The notes under the pieces were generated by a model. It was not told the DNA's origin. It did no database searches and saw only the letters and a list, made by a program, of their open reading frames with translations. This document shows positions 63,638-64,000 of a stretch of 64,000 bases of DNA, piece after piece (position 1 is the first letter of the stretch; the number at the start of each line of letters is the position of its first letter). Origin of the DNA: Haliotis rufescens (Eukaryota). Where the stretch lies: the NCBI RefSeq assembly GCF_023055435.1, contig NW_025964001.1, forward strand, positions 45,570,001-45,634,000, written 5' to 3'. Both the position numbers and the translations under genes were made by a program.

Positions 63638-64000
63638 CACAATCTCATCAAAATCAGACCTTAGTTCTCGCTACCGCTAAACAAAGATCTGAAGACATCC
63701 CATTAGGGGTCACGACAGAACGACCTTTCATCCGACCAATGAGAGCGCCGCTTACCAGATCATGAAAGTGACAATCGGAATGTGATTTCTAATCATACAA
63801 CCTCGAAAACTTTAACACGGGGTATTCCGAACGATATTTACAGGTTTAACGACTGATTCCATACAATCTAGACCATCTTATGGCCATTCCAGAATGTTCT
63901 TTTGTTTAGGTTTCAAATTTGTAATCGAGAATTTGTCAAAGTATGTTTCGAAGCGTAGTCGCCAATTTGAAATTAGTGCCGTAAAGCACGAGAAAGCTGC

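Overview
Eukaryotic, intron-rich animal genomic DNA. The tRNA-derived SINEs with (ACTC)n tails suggest a gastropod mollusc, possibly abalone (Haliotis); this is an inference from repeat content. Two genes can be rebuilt exon by exon from splice sites and phase continuity. (1) On the minus strand (<1-16740) is a secreted galaxin-like protein with about 26-28 di-cysteine motifs, two candidate signal-peptide starts, and a putative NTR/netrin-like C-terminal module that runs off the left edge. (2) On the plus strand is MED6 (Mediator subunit 6), with 7 clear coding exons at 20734-39997 and an uncertain first exon. A third, tentative minus-strand gene ends convergently near 42756, and its candidate penultimate 64-nt exon has been triplicated. 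The rest is mostly transposons and tandem repeats: an intact DD34E Tc1 in a galaxin intron, a pogo/Tigger element nested in a Harbinger relic, a TSD-flanked L1/Tx1 fragment, decayed Tc1s, several MITEs, four SINE families, an RTE-like RT fragment, about ten unrelated minisatellites (many adjacent to exons), and a 133-N assembly gap. No prokaryotic features, CRISPR arrays or true tRNA/rRNA genes were found.
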